Positions 1 through 14,100 are shown, numbered from the stretch's first letter. The stretch: 64,000 nt of DNA from Azolla caroliniana (GCA_043228905.1 JBHGNT010000009.1:16740001-16804000); one strand, 5' to 3'. The notes: generated by a model from the sequence alone, not told the origin. Numbers and translations are program-made.

Positions 1-204
1 AGAGCTCAAGAGACAGAGATAGACAAAAGTATATACGATATTAACAAGACGAGATACATCCAACAATAACTAAATTACAATGGGTTGGTTTATATACCAA
101 CTAAGCTAGGGCAAGCGCCCTTTCTACTATTTACACAACTAGCTTGGAGTGTCCATGAGCTAGTGTGAAACCTATCTATGGGAAGTTGAGTTCGATTCTC
201 AACA
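1..204 (-). repeat. 3' LTR of element A (partial)
   Basis: Matches ~4775-4969 and ends ...TTCTCAACA. A purine tract GAAGGGGCG lies on the minus strand at 205-213. Confidence 0.92.
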
Positions 205-339
205 CGCCCCTTCGAACACAACTTCCATCTGTCGGAAAGTCATTCGGTTCATACTTCAACTTGTCTAGGCAGTTGTGTTGTGTATTGCGTAGCCTATCCG
301 TGTTGCGTTTGTGTATGTTGCGTCTACATCTACGTACTC

Positions 340-3300
340 CCCCTCAAGCTTGGCAATGTGGACGTCGTGAGACGAAGCTCCGAGGCAAATTGCCCGAGCT
401 TGTTGATGCCTAAGGCCTTCGTAAAGATATCCGCGACTTGTAGGTGTGTGTTGATGTGTTGGTGGTCAATTTCTCCGGCCTAGACGCGCTCACGGATGAA
501 GTGGTAGTGCACTTCGATATGTTTAGTCTGCGTGTGAAATATGGGGTTACGTGCGAGGTAGATACTGCTCATGTTGTCGCAGTACAGGCATATTGGATCT
601 TTGATGGGTACGCCCAGCTCTTTTAGTATACGCCTAAGCCATACAGCTTCGCATGCAGCGACAACCGCGCCCCTGTATTCGGCTTCAGTGCTCGACAGTG
701 CGACTATCGGCTGTTTCTTGTTGCTCCAGGAGATCGCTCCGCTGCCGAGGGAGAAAACGAATCTGGATGTGGATCGTCTATCCGCTTTGTATCCTGCCCA
801 GTCGGCGTCTATCTACCCTTCAAGTCGAATGGTCGTATTCGACTTATACAGGATGTCGTGATCCATTGTTGTACTAACATACCGTAGTATCCTCTTAGCA
901 TAATCGAGATGATGGTTACGCGGATTCTGCATGAATTGGCTAAGTAGGCCGACCGAATAACTTAGGTTGGGTCGCGTAATGGTGAGATATATCAAGCTAC
1001 CGATCAGTTGGCGATACTGAGTCGGTTCAGTCTCGACCGTGCCAAAACTGGCATCAATCTTGATGTTGCGATCAAGAGGGGCAGTCACAAGTTTGCACTT
1101 TGTCATTCCAAATTTGTACAGTAGGTTGAGGACGTAGTGTCGTTGTGAGATCATTATCCCGACTGGTGTCCGAATTACTTCAATACCTAGGAAGTAATGA
1201 AGCTCGTGTAGGTCTATCGTTTCGAATATGTCGGAAAGAAGAGATTTAACTTTGCTAATCTCGGCAAGATCCTTTCCTCCGATGACCAAATCATCCACGT
1301 ACAAGATGATGATTATCGGGCTATCCAACTCGTTTCGGATGTACAGGGAAGTGTCAGATTTTGACATCTGAAATCCGACTTGATGAAGATACTACGTGAT
1401 CTTTGAATGCCAAGCACGTGGTACTTGTTTGAGGTCGTAAAGTGGCTTCTTGAGTCGGCATACGGCGTGTGGATGAGTATGTGATTCGAATCCAGGTGGG
1501 TGTGTCATATACACTTCTTCTTCTAGCTCACCTTGGAGGAAAGCGTTTTTCACGTCCATCTGATGGAGGTGCCACCCTTTTGTTGCTGCTAGCACGATTA
1601 CGGTTCGTACTGTCGTCATCATTGCCACCGGGGCAAAGGTTTCTTTGTAATATATGTTGTGGGTCTGTGTGTAGCCTTTTGTAATGAGCCGTGCTTTGAA
1701 GCGATTTATGGAACCATCAGCATTGTGCTTCACCTTGTAAATCCACCTGCAACCAATTGGTTTCTTATTTGCGGGGAGAGAAACAAGATCCTAGGTCTCA
1801 TTTTTGCATAACGCTTCCATCTCCTCATTCATCGCGTTGAACCATTGCGGATCCTTTGTGGCTTCGGAAAGTGTTTCCGGTGCCTGTACTGACGCTACCT
1901 TCATCATGAATGCGTAATGATATGCCATGTATTCGTCATAGCCGTAGCGGTTTACAGGGTTCTTCCCGCGCATGGATCGGCGTGGCTTGTCATTTGTGGG
2001 TTCTAGGGGTTTCTTCACGCCGTCCGTGTGGATGTCAAGGCCTTCGACCTCACTGTTGAGATCGAAATGATCTTCATACTCCTACATTTTCGCCTTGCCT
2101 TTGTCTAGCAGTGGACTCGTCCGAGATGTGCTTTGATCACTTGGGGGCTCTTGTGGTCCGCTTAACCATGTCGAGATTGGACTTTCTTTGTGCATAGGTG
2201 TGAGACGATCTTCAGCTTCTATTGTTATTTCAGTGTCATCCGCATCAAGCGAGGTTGGAGTCGAAGTATTCTCCGGTACGTACCAGGATGCATATTCATC
2301 GAAGACTACATCTCAACTTGTTCGAACCTTACAGGTGGATGGGTTGTAGCATTTGTACCCCTTCTGTTCGAGTGAGTATCCTACGGGGATACATTTCTCC
2401 GACTTTGGGTCAAGATTTTGCCACGTATCTGTCAGGAATATGTACGTAGGCGATAGAGTCGAAAATGCGGACATGTGATAAGTCCGGCTTCTTTCCAAAG
2501 AACTTCTCATGAGGAGTTATGTCGTGTACTCCTGAGGTTGTGCACCTATTCATGAGGTATACGGCCGTGTTCGCCGCTTCTGCCCAGTACGATTTCGGCA
2601 AGTTCTTCTCATTCATCATGGCTCGTGCGACTTCTACTATGTGGCAGTTTTTAAGCTCAGCTACGCCATTTTGCTGAGGTGTATGTCGACACGAGAACTC
2701 TCGTCGGACTCCTTGCTTGTGGAGATATGCCGAGAACTCATCTGAAAAATATTCTTTGCCTCCATCTAATCAAAGGTAGCATACATGTCGACCCGTGGCC
2801 TTTTCCACTTCGGCTTTGAATTTCTAGAAGTGGCTGAACACTTCACTCTTTTGCTTCATTGGATAAACCCAGGTATTTCTGGAGAAGTCATCGATGAATG
2901 TGACATAGTAACGGCATCCGCCGAAAGTAGCTGTTTGGCCTGGTCCCCATACATCTGAATGTATGACATCCAGGATCCCTTTGCTTACATTCCGCTCTTT
3001 TGGGAATGGATGACGGCGTTGCTTTCCGAATTGGCATGCTTCGCACACGCCCGTGATCTCCTTTTCTGTAAAGTTCGGGAGTCCGATTACGACTCCTTTT
3101 GTCTACATGTTCTGAAGCTTCTAGAGATTGATGTGGCCTATTCTCTTGTGCCACAACTTTAAGTCGGTTTCGACTTTTTGGTCTTTTGTGTACATGGCCG
3201 ACTTTACTTTGCCATCTTTGGATGAACATACAACCTTCTCGTCTGCCGTGAGCTACGATTTGATCACCTTTTTCAATGAAGCACCCATCGTTGTTAAAGT

Positions 3301-4541
3301 GTACCTGCATTCCTTGTTCTACAATCTGGCCGACCGAGACTAGCTTTTTCGTGATGGTGGGAACATGCAGTACGTTCTTGAGGTAGGTCTGTTCGCCGTC
3401 GTTTCCGAATGGGACATTCCCGATATGTTGTATTGGATTAGTTGTATCATCACCTGTTTCGACATATCCGGGACATTCGGGCTTCCGTAATTCCCGAAAC
3501 CAATCTTCATGGGAAGTCATGTGATTGGAAGCTCCCGAATCGACAAACCATACACTATTAGGATTGGAGGCGCTGGTTGTCGCAAATGTAGACATCGAGT
3601 GTGCTTCGTGCTTCATTATGAACATTCCGCCATGGTCGTCGTAGTCGGAGTTTGTGGTGTATTTCGTGAGTTGTCAACCTGCCTCACGTTTCTTCTTCCG
3701 GCACTCTTCTTCGTAGTGGCCGGCTGGGTTTTCCGTAGTACCCGCACTCAACTGGGTTTCAGCGATTGCTCGGTCCGGCGTTATGACTCCCCCTTCCACC
3801 AAGCTCTCTGGGCCCATTCCTATTCGCTTGCCACTGGTGGGAATTAAGTCCTTGATTCCGTTGATCATTGTGGCCTTGTCCGAAATGACCTCTGTTTCCA
3901 CGACTGAAATCTAATCTATTATCCAACTGGGAGTAGAGCAAAGGACCATCTGATGCGTTGTTCCTTTGTCGAGCGTGATTCTCTTCGACCAGCAATATCG
4001 ATTGAAGGTCAAAGAAGGAGGGAGGGTTCTCCCTTGCGAGAATAACCGATCTAATTGTGCCGAAATGTGGTGCTAAGCCTCCGAGGCATATCTGCACCAG
4101 TTCGTCATTGTCAATGATGACATTGATCGATCTGAGGGCGTCACATAGCTCCTTGATCTTCAAGGCATAGTTGCTGATTGACATGTCCCTTTGTTAAAGA
4201 TTGTTCAGCTCCTGTCGAAGTTGGAGCTTTCGTGCGGCCGTATTGGCTGCGAAGATCTTCTTGAGGTTTTCCCACGTCTGCTTCGGTGTTTTAGCCTCTC
4301 GAATGTAGCCAAGCATATGATCATGAACGCATGATGCAAGGCAATACAACACATGCCTTGCGGCCAGCTCCCAAGTGGGATAGTCAGCGTGTGTTGGGTT
4401 GGGGTGTGATTCGTGAGCTCCTTCAATGTAGCTCCAGTAGCCTTGTCCGACAAGATATTGATGCATCTTGTATTCCCAAGATGCAAAGTTTGTTCTGTCG
4501 AGCTTCTCGGTAGGAAGAGTGCTTCCCATTTGATTATTCAT
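340..4541 (-). pseudogene. gag-pol: Copia gag-pol polyprotein, broken by stops and frameshifts
   Basis: ORF fragments 4194-4727 and 3759-4184 (Gag), 2888-3625 (protease DSGAS), 2824-3048 and 2410-2619 (integrase), 1392-1733 and 813-1367 (RT: LHQMDVKNAFL, LYVDDL). RNase H lies at ~350-800. Confidence 0.92.
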
Positions 4542-4631
4542 GGTGATTTCTTCTCTGTAGATGGGCCGGCTCTGTTGATCGTCGGCGTGTAGTACAACAC
4601 AGTCGAAAAATGCTTGATCAGGCAACCACAC

Positions 4632-4643
4632 GCTCTGATACCA
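4632..4643 (-). promoter_or_regulatory. Primer-binding site (tRNA-iMet) of element A
   Basis: Plus strand gctctgatacca is the reverse complement of TGGTATCAGAGC and abuts the LTR. Confidence 0.93.
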
Positions 4644-4739
4644 TGTTAAGAAATGGAATGGCAAGAGTGGTTGTAATGCAGTGGAAGGTGAGCATATGTG
4701 TGTGTGTGTGTGTGTGTGTAACAACACACACAGAGAACG

Positions 4740-4788
<49 letters not shown>

Positions 4789-4969
4789 CAAAAGTATATA
4801 TGATATTAACAAGACGAGATACATCCAACAACAACTAAATTACAATGAGTTGGTTTATATACCAACTAAGCTAGGGCAAGCACCCTTTCTACTATTTACA
4901 CAACTAGCTTGGAGTGTCCATGAGCTAGTGTGAAACCTATCTATGGGAAGTTGAGTTCGATTCTCAACA
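4644..4969 (-). repeat. 5' LTR of element A, containing (GT)n and (GA)n microsatellites
   Basis: TGTT...AACA termini; duplicate of 1-204. Confidence 0.93.
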
Positions 4970-7900
4970 CTAGAAATAGGAAAGACTCTAAGAAAGACTT
5001 CGTGTGTCATTATTGTGGTGGCCCAAACCACTATGAAAGAGATTGTAGGAAGAAAAAGAGGGGCCAAAAGAGTGGAACTACTAACAACAAGAAATATCAT
5101 CATCACGTGTGATGGTGCTTGTGTTAGTTTAGCATCCCAAGAAACCGATTGGATTATTGATTCAGGAAATGTTCGCGTCATATGCCGGTGGTGACTTTGG
5201 TAAAGTCAAAAGGGCTAACCACAGCGTGACTGAGGTTGTTGGCATAGGAAATATAATTTTGACCACGAACATGGGTTGCAAACTAGTATTAAAAGATGTT
5301 AGGCATGTACCAAACATTCGGCTGAATATTATTTCAGCCGGTAAACTTGATGATGAGGGTTACACAAATTCCTTTGGTGAAGGAAAATGGAAGCTCATCA
5401 AAGGCTCGCTAGTAGTAGCAAAATGTCTAAAACAGAATTCCCTCTATGTACTTCATGTTGTGGTGTCCGGCGGAGAGGTAAATGTAGCCAACAAGGATGC
5501 CTCGATTGAGCTATGGCATAAGAGACTTGGGCACATGAGTCAAAAGGGACTCGATGTTCTAGCAAGGAAGAACATCTTGCCAGACATAAAAGGGATGCAG
5601 TTGGAAACTTGTGTTGATTGCTTGGCCGGCAAACAATACAGAGTTGCCTTTTAACATCTGCCGCCCAAAAGAAAATTTTAGCCATTGGAATTGGAGCACA
5701 CGGACTTGTGCTATATGAAAGATAGAACTCTTGGGGGAGCATTGTATTTTGCCACATTTATCGATGACTTCTCGAGGAAGTTGTGGTGCTTTGCATTAAA
5801 GACTAAAGATCAAGTGTTTGAAATCTTTAGGAACTTTCGTGTAAGTGTGGAAAGAGAAACCGGAATAAAGCTGAAATGTATCCGTGCTGATAACGATGGT
5901 GAATATCAGGGACGATTTGAGGAATATTGTCGTGAGCATGGTATTAGACTAGAGAGAAGTGTCCCGAAAACACCTGAACACAATGGTGTGGCTGAGAGGA
6001 CAAATAGGACAATTTGTGAGCGGATAAGATGTATGTTATCCCACTCAAAATTTCCTAAATCCTTTTGGGGTGAAGCAATGAGGACTGCAATTGACCTCAT
6101 AAACCTGTCTCTGTTAGACCCCTTGGATGGCGATGTTCTCGAGAGGGTTTGGACATGTAAAGATCTATCATACAAACACTTGAGAGTGTTTGGTGGTAGG
6201 GCCTACGTTCACATCCCAAAAGATGAAAGATCCAAGCTTGATGACAAATGCAAACCATGCATATTCTTGGGATACGGCCATGAGGAATTCGGCTATAGAC
6301 TTTATGACCCAGTAGAGAAGAAGGTCATTAGAAGCAGGGATGTGGTATTCCTTGAGGATTAGACCTTACAAGATCCGAAGCCAAATGAAACGCCGGATCT
6401 CACCCCTGACTTTTCATTCACCGAACACCCAATGCCTGCCCCAGACACACAAGGTCATGGGGGGGATATCGAGGAGTATGATGGTACGGCTGATGATGCA
6501 GTCGAGGATGATGATGGGCAGAATCATGAACATCATACTCTAGGTGATATTTCAGTAGTTCCTCTGGAAGAGGAAGAGGTTAGAAGGTCTATGAGACAAA
6601 GAAGACCTTCTACTAGATATAGCCCACATGAATATGTGATGCTTTTAGATGGAGGAGAGCCAGAAAGCTTTAGAGAATCTATGGCAAATGATCATAAGGA
6701 GGAAAGTCTTGACGCCATGAATGATGAGATGAAGTCTTTGTAAGACAATCACACATATGATCTTGTAAAGCTGCCTAAGAAAGAGAGCGTTGAAAAACAA
6801 ATGGGTTTACAAGCTCAACACTGAGGAACATTGCTCACAGCCATGATACAAGGCAAGATTGGTTGTGAAGGGGTTCAACCAGAAAAAGCGAATTGATTTC
6901 AAGGAGATTTTCTCATCAGTGGTGTAGATGTTCTCAATCAGAGTTGTACTTGGGATCGCAACTAGTCTCGATCTAGAAATCGAGCAACTCAATGTAAAAA
7001 CCACTTTCCTCCATGGCGATTTGGACGAAGAGATTTACATGGATCAACCCGGGTTTGGAGTCAAAGGTAAGGAAAACCTAGTATGCAAGTTAAAGAAGAT
7101 CTTGTATGGCCTAAAACAAGCTCCTAGACTTTGGTACAAAAACTTTGACTCCTTTATGTTGAACCATGGGTATAATAGAACAAACACAAACCATTGTGTG
7201 TTTGTTAAGAAATTCCCAGATGGGGATTTTGTCATTCTGCTCTTGTATGTTGATGATATGTTGATTGTTGGTCAAGACACCAACAAGATTGAAAAGCTGA
7301 AAAAGGAACTCAGCAAATCTTTTGCCATGAAAGACTTGGGACCAGCCAAGCAAATCCTTGGGATGAAGATAACCAGGGACAGGGCAAGAAAAAGACTTTG
7401 GCCATCTCAAGAAAAGTACATTGAGAAGGTACTTGAGAGATTCAACATGGCTAAGAGTAAGTCGGTCAACACTCCACTCGCGAGCCACTTTAGACTTGCC
7501 CTACGAGTGATGAAGAGCAAGAAGGAATGAAACAAATACTATATGCCTCTGCAGTCGGTAGTTTAATGTATGCTATGGTATGCACGAGGCCGGACATTGC
7601 TCACGCAGTTGGTGTAGTGAGTTGTTTTCTCTCAAACCCTAGAAAAGGTCATTGGGAAGCAGTGAAATGGATCCTGCGATACCTGACGGGTACCTCAAGA
7701 TTCTGTCTAAAATTTGGTGAGAACCAAACTATATTAGATGGATATACAGATGCCGATATGGCTGGTGATGTTGACTCTAGAAAGTCTACATCTGGTTACC
7801 TAATGATCTTTGCAAGGGGAGCGGTCTCTTGGCAATCGAGATTACAAAAATGTGTGGCATTATCCACAACGGAGACCGAGTATATTGTTGCCACAGAAGC

Positions 7901-8204
7901 TAGTAAGGAATTGTTATGGCTAAAGAAATTCCTCCAAGAGTTGGGGCTGACCCAAGAAAGGTACATTTTGTATTGTGATAGCCAAAGTACTATCCACTTA
8001 AGCAAGAATTCTTCCTTTCACTCTAAGTCAAAGCACATTGATGTTAGATACCATTGGATTAGAGATGTGCTTGAAGAAAAGAAAATGCACTTTGAGAATA
8101 TACATACCAATGAGAATGGATCCGACATGATGACTAAAAGTTTGTCAAGGGAGAAGCTTGAAGTTTGCAAACAAAAGAGAAAATTGGATGTGCCCCCCAC
8201 TTGA
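4970..8204 (+). pseudogene. pol: Copia gag (C-terminal part)-pol, disrupted
   Basis: Fragments 5157-5654, 5685-6362, 6432-6743, 6928-7530 and 7527-8204. There is a small deletion right after the protease WIIDSG motif (~5167). Confidence 0.92.
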
Positions 8205-8220
8205 GACGGAGGGGGAGATT

Positions 8221-8973
8221 TGATGGGGCTTGTCCACTCAAGTGGAGCCCACAACATTGAGTTGGCTGAATGCCGAATAGGCTTAAGGCAAATTATAAGA
8301 AAAGTTATAATTAGTTGTATTTATATATATATATACATACATACATATATATATGCCTTTTTCATTTTTGTATGTTTTTTTGGGTGTGTGTACATAGATA
8401 TAGACGTTGGACTACAAGAAGACAGAAAGAGAAAAACAGAGAATAGAAAAAGGGAGATAGTGTGACCTGTTTTTTTACACAGAAAAACAAAAAACGGAGT
8501 GAGAGAAAAATAGAGAACAAAAGAGTGAGAGGAAGAGGAAGAGTGTTCTACCAAAGTGCAAACGTGGAGACAGAGACCTACGAGGGGTTGTTCATGTTAT
8601 CAGAGAACCATGATTGAACAACAACTATCTTGTCTACTTTGCATCAGGTTTCTTCGTTTCATGTTTTTCCTTGTTTCCATTTTTGTTAGTTTTTCTATCC
8701 ACCCAATTGGGTGAGGAATTGTAATCAAGGCTACTACCTTAGCATATACATCCCTCTAGTCAAAGCTAGAGAGGTTGTATTCGTTTGTACTAAGAAAAAT
8801 AGTGAACTTGTTTTGAACCCAAAGGGGTTCCGTGGTTTTTCCCTATTTTGAGTTTTCCATGTTAAAATTTTTGGTGTACTCTCATTTTTGTCTTGTGGTT
8901 TCATCTATTGTTTAATTTGTCTTGATTGAGTTGGTAGTCCAAATCATCCCGATTCGGATTCATATTCCTAACA
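8221..8973 (+). repeat. 3' LTR of element B
   Basis: Begins TGATG directly after the PPT, contains an (AT)n/TATA region and a GTGGTTTTTCCC motif, and ends ...CCTAACA. The partner LTR is outside the window, so the end point is inferred. Confidence 0.75.
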
Positions 8974-9843
8974 ACTAGTTCATGCCGCAAGGATGTTCCT
9001 TAGCACATCCTATGTGCCATAGCCCACGATAAGCTATGGAAGATAGAGCTGAAGTCTCCCCTTGTGCAGGGATGAGTTTTTTCATTCAAGTTCTTCCTTA
9101 TCCGATATCTTGTGTCTTTTCATGAAGTTGTTTGAGCAAAGGACCTTTAACGATTATCATCGATTGGGGAAGGCTCAAGATTTTGATACAATCAAGGGAG
9201 GCTCCAACGATTTTGAAACAATGGACCAATGGTCGCCCATTTAGGGAAATACGAAGGTGAGCTCACTGAATCCAACAAATGTTGGGCAGGGCAGGCCTCA
9301 AAATCATAGAATTGGGATCATATGCAGATTTTGGTGTGTGTTGAGCATCTACCTCACATCTGTAGATCGCGGAGATCCCAAGATTTTCATGGAATGGACC
9401 GGTGGTCATCACGGAGTTAAGGTGATATGATTGTGGGTTCTGTGCTTCTACCTCATTATGCCCTGACTTGGCTGTCTCCATGGAATAGAATTCCCCATTA
9501 ATTTTTCGATTGACTGTCTTAAGGAAATCCATGAAATCTCGATCCGATTTACTGAATCCCTGAAACCATTTTTCCCATAGCAAGTCCAATTTTTCCTTTA
9601 TCTGGTGGATGTATCATTGTCACCAATTCACAACTTGCTGAATTGATTTATTGTCACCCAATTCACAGCCTTATTCAGGAGCAGAGGAGCTAATTACGCC
9701 TATAGGATGTATGAGACAGAAAGGGAGGAACTTATCATATGTACTTATGGCTTATGCATGATAAACTGGCTCACCCCAAGGACATTTATTATGATGAATG
9801 TGACCCATCCTCCTAAAGCTGGTAAGTTAGCAATTAAAAACAC

Positions 9844-10098
9844 TATCCTCTTCCAATTGACTAACTTGATAAAGTCGAATATTCATAACAACAATATAAT
9901 GTGGAAAACATTGCACATTGATGGTAATTATCCTCTTCCAATTGACTAACGTGATAAAGTCTAATATTCATAACAACAATATAATGTGGAAAACATTGCA
10001 CATTGATGGTAATTATCCTCTTCTAATTGACTAACTTGATAAAGTCTAATATTCATAACAACCATATAATGTGGAAAAAATTGCACATTGATAGTAAT
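9844..10098. repeat. Tandem repeat, 3 x 85 bp, AT-rich
   Basis: The unit TATCCTCTTCCAATTGACTAAC...GCACATTGATGGTAAT starts at 9844, 9929 and 10014. Confidence 0.95.
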
Positions 10099-10609
10099 TC
10101 TTAAAAATAAAAATAAAACATATGGGGAGCTTAGACGATGAGCTTCTTGAGAAAGTGTCCGACAAATTCCCCTGCATAACACTAAAAGGAAGGGAACTTC
10201 ACATATCAACGTCTACTCACCCTTTTCTAGGTTTCTCATACCACATGTACACACATAGATCAAATATGTGTGAGAGAGAGAGAGCCCAGATGGTAAGATT
10301 GCCCAATAATGGAGACGAGGTGGTCATAAGTTCAACCCTTACATTTCACTGTGGCATCTAGTGAATTAAGAGATATATATGAAGTATTTAATTGAGAGGT
10401 GAGAAAATCGGTTTCGAACCCAAGGCGCAATGCTTGTAGTGTTTTTTTTTTCAAAAAAACACTACTTCCCATTAGTTAGCAAACGAAGTACATCAAAGTT
10501 CGCCCATATTCAGCAAAGCTCACACTTCTCCACACAAAACTAATCATAATCCCCACCCCGTCATTTACAACACAAGTATCCCACTGACCTTTTTTACATG
10601 GTAACTTAC

Positions 10610-11074
10610 TGTTGAGCGAGCAAGCTCAACCAGATCTAGATCGGCTGAATAAGCCAAAGCCGGATCGGTACCCGAAACGGAGAACCTAATTGGTGTCTGG
10701 ATGATATCCGGAACCAGAAGCCGGATCGGATTGAAACTGGTAGGCCGTTAGAGGCCTACGGAACCAGCCTAGTACGTAGGCATATTTTAGGGAGTCAGTG
10801 ACAGTCGCTCATGTGAGCATTGAAGTACTTGTCAGTACTTTTGTCGGTCCTTTATGGACTTGTATAAAAGTGCTCTCTGAGCACATTCTATGTACACAGA
10901 ATATTGAGAGTATTATTTTGAATAGAGTTTTATGTTCTTCTCTCTCTCTATCTCTCTCTCTGTCTCTCCTGTGTATGCTTATTCTTTGTGTTAAGCTTCC
11001 ATTGAACCTTTCTCTCTACTGTTGCTATCCGGCAGAGCCGGTTTGTGATACGCTTTCACATGGTAACTTTCACA
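10610..11074 (+). repeat. 5' LTR of element C
   Basis: TGTTGAG...TTTCACA, followed by the PBS; TATAAAA at ~10863. Confidence 0.92.
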
Positions 11075-11086
11075 TGGTATCAGAGC
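11075..11086 (+). promoter_or_regulatory. PBS (tRNA-iMet) of element C
   Basis: TGGTATCAGAGC. Confidence 0.93.
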
Positions 11087-11170
11087 GCGAGGGTTGAGAA
11101 CCTCTTTAGCCGATGAGCGACTAGTGAAGACAAATTCTAACACCCGGTGAAGAACAGAAGAGAACCTAAG

Positions 11171-14100
11171 ATGGATAGAGGAATGGCAAGTTCACTTCCG
11201 ACGGAAAAGCTCAACCGGAGCAACTATGCATCCTGGTCATATAAAATGCATTAGTACCTATTGGGGCATGGATATTGGAGTTACGTGGAAGGGACCAATG
11301 AGGTAGCGCCGGAGCTGGCACACAAAGACCTCTCGGCATGGGAGCAAGGAGTGAGTCGAGTACTGTACTGCCTCACCTCCTTTGTGCACGACTAGATGAT
11401 TGGCTTCATCAAAGATGCTAAGACGCTGAAATAGGCCTAGGAGAATTTGAAGAAGATATTCACAGGAAGTACCTCTGCCCGGAGGCTTCAGCTTCGGTAG
11501 GAATAGAACAATATCCGACAAAGGGATACTTCAGTTACAGGCTACACCGCGAAGATAAAGGAGATTTGCGACGCATTAGGGTCCATTGACGTCACTATAG
11601 ATGAGGAAGAAATGGTGCAAATCTTCCTTGGTGGTCTGGCTCAAAGGTACAAGCCTATCCGAACAGTTATCCTCACTTGGGAGAAGCCATCATCCTTCTT
11701 CGACTTGCAATCGATGCTGATGGTCAAAGGAAACCACGCAAGTGGGTCCAGGCCTACTCAATTAGACAGCCAAATGCTGTACATGGAGGCGGATCGGCCC
11801 CGTTGGCATGGTGGCCATGGTGGGTTGGCTTGCAATGGAGGCAGCTAGCAAGAGCAGGACCGAAGGCACAGGGGTAGTGTCGACAGCAGTTCCGGACCCT
11901 CCACAAGCAGGGGGAGTCAAAGCGGCGCTGGAAACCGGCAAGGAAAAGCCGACACGGAATGTTGGTACTGTGGCAGAAAGGGCCACAGAGAAACTGAGTG
12001 CTGGAAGAAGCGCATTGATTCGGATAAATCCGGATCAGGCAAGGCCGGACAAGGGAACCAACAAAGCTTGCACTACACAGAAGGATCGGAAGGATCCAGA
12101 ACCGGGAAGACAGGAAAAGGGCCAACCTTCGTGATGAAGCACAAGGCTAACTCAATGCAGAAGACTACTTCCAAATCGGACGAAGTATGGTACATTGATT
12201 CTGGGGCATCCAACCACATGATGAGCCATGAAGAGCGGTTCTCCTCTTTGGAGAAACCGGAACAACCGGGGATTGTTGAGATCGGAGACAACACCCCTCA
12301 CCCGATTGTGCATGTCGAAGAAGTCCCTTTAAGCCACGTCGGACAAAAGGGAAAGTTGATGAATGTATTACAGGTTCCGACTATCACAAAGAACCTGGTA
12401 TCGGTTAGACAAATCGTCTACCAGGGAATGCAGGTGTGGTTTACGCACCTCGGGTGCTTCATCGAGGAAGAAGGTTGGATAATTGCACAAGGGCGTAGGG
12501 AAGGGAGGATGTTCATCCTCAACAAAAATGACGTCGGCACCGCCATGTTTGCCAAAGGACAGAAGATTGAATTGGACATCGATCTCTGGCATAAGCAAAT
12601 CGGCCACGTCAACTACTGGAGGCTTCAAGATCTGCAATCAAAACAAGTTGTGTTGGGATTGCCGAAGTTTAGTGGCCGAAAGGCCCAAATATGTGAAGCC
12701 TGCCAACTTGGGAAGCAACACCGGCTTCCATCCCCCTCCGAACAAAATCGGAGCCGTAACAAGCTTGACCTAATCCATTCGGATGTATGGGGATAGGCAC
12801 AAAATGTTAGTCCTCGCGGGAGTCGGTATTTCGTCTCCTTCATCGACGACTACAACCGGCACACGTTGATCTATCTCATCGAGAAGAAAAGCGAAGTCTT
12901 CAACTATTTCCGGAACCGTCAAAGCTTAGTGAAAGGGAAACAGAGATGAAGATCAAGTGCATGCGGTCGGATGGCGGAAAAGAATACTTTTTCGGCCAAT
13001 TCAACTATTATTTGCAGCAAAACGGAATTCGGAGAGAATTCAGCTGCCGATACACACTGGAACAAAATGGTGTGGCCGAGAGAAAGCACCGGTTGATTGT
13101 CGACGCGGCAAGGGAAATGCTAGAGGAGAAGAGCATGCCCAAATTCTACTAGGCTGAGGCGGTCTGGACGGCTGTCTACATCCAAAACTGGATCGGTGAC
13201 AAGGTGTCAGCACATGAGCTGTATTTCGGGCGGAAGCCGAATTTGAGACACCTTCAGATATTCGGTAGCATAGCATATGTGCATGTACTGGATGAGAAGC
13301 GGAGGAAGTTGGATCCGAAGTTGGAGAAGTATATCCTAGTTGGTTACTCACATGAGCAGAAGGGGTATAAGTGTTATAACCCCCAGACTAAACAAGTCCG
13401 AGTAAGCCGATATGTCGGGTTTGATGAATTGGGATCATGGTACTCTACCGACTCCAACTTCTGACTCCGACTCGATTCGTGAAGATGAGGCTAGTGAAGA
13501 TGAAGACTTCGGTACTCTAGATGAGAGTCCGATCTCATTCCGGCTAAGTGGGCCAAATGAGCGGGTGAGTCGGGATGACCAGTCGGATGAAGAACCGGCG
13601 AGTAGTGGAGACTTTGCCATGCTCTCCCCACGCAAGGAACGGAGGAGAATATTCACACACAAAGAGAAGGGGAAGAAGAAGATGCCAGAATACGATACCG
13701 ACAGTGAAGGGTCAGATCGGAACAAATCTGACCCCGGAAAGGAAGAAGGCAGATCTTCAAAAAGGAAGTCTGAACCGGCCAAGAAGGGCCTCAAACCGGG
13801 TAACGAAAAGTTACGTTGGTCAACACATCAAAAGAAAGCCGTCTTGAGGTATGGATACAATGAGTACATGGCGCATCACTATGCGTACATGACTAAGGTG
13901 GCAGAAGTGCGTGAGCCGGAGAGCTACACAGAAGCAGCAAAAGATGCAAATTGGCGTGCTGCTATGGAGGAAGAAATGTGGGCACTTGATGCCAACGACC
14001 CATGGGACCTGGTTGACCCTCCTAGATAGTGTAAACATATCGATTGCAAATGGGTATATAAGGTGAAGTACAATGCCGACGGTTCGGTCAACCAGTACAA

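Larger units (their letters stand above)
1..4969 (-). mobile_element. Element A: Ty1/copia LTR retrotransposon, decayed; 3' LTR truncated by the window start
   Basis: Two near-identical LTR copies (1-204 and 4644-4969). The PBS TGGTATCAGAG lies on the minus strand next to the 5' LTR. Domain order on the minus strand is gag-PR(WFVDSGAS)-IN(HSDVWGP)-RT(YVDD)-RH. Confidence 0.95.
4970..8973 (+). mobile_element. Element B: Tnt1/Tork-like Ty1/copia, 3' part; its gag is interrupted by element A
   Basis: Starts just before a zinc knuckle (CHYCGGPNHYERDC), followed by PR, GAG-pre-IN (LWHKRLGHMS), IN, RT (LYVDDML) and RNase H. PPT GACGGAGGGGGAG at 8205-8217, then an LTR. Confidence 0.93.

Noticed and set aside
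9844-10098. Possible CRISPR-like array
   Set aside because: A plain tandem triplication without variable spacers, in a eukaryotic context.
11051-11086. Duplicated LTR end / double PBS (TTTCACATGGTA x2)
   Set aside because: Alignment with the 3' LTR and the CTTAC TSD place the LTR end at 11074; the first copy lies within the LTR.
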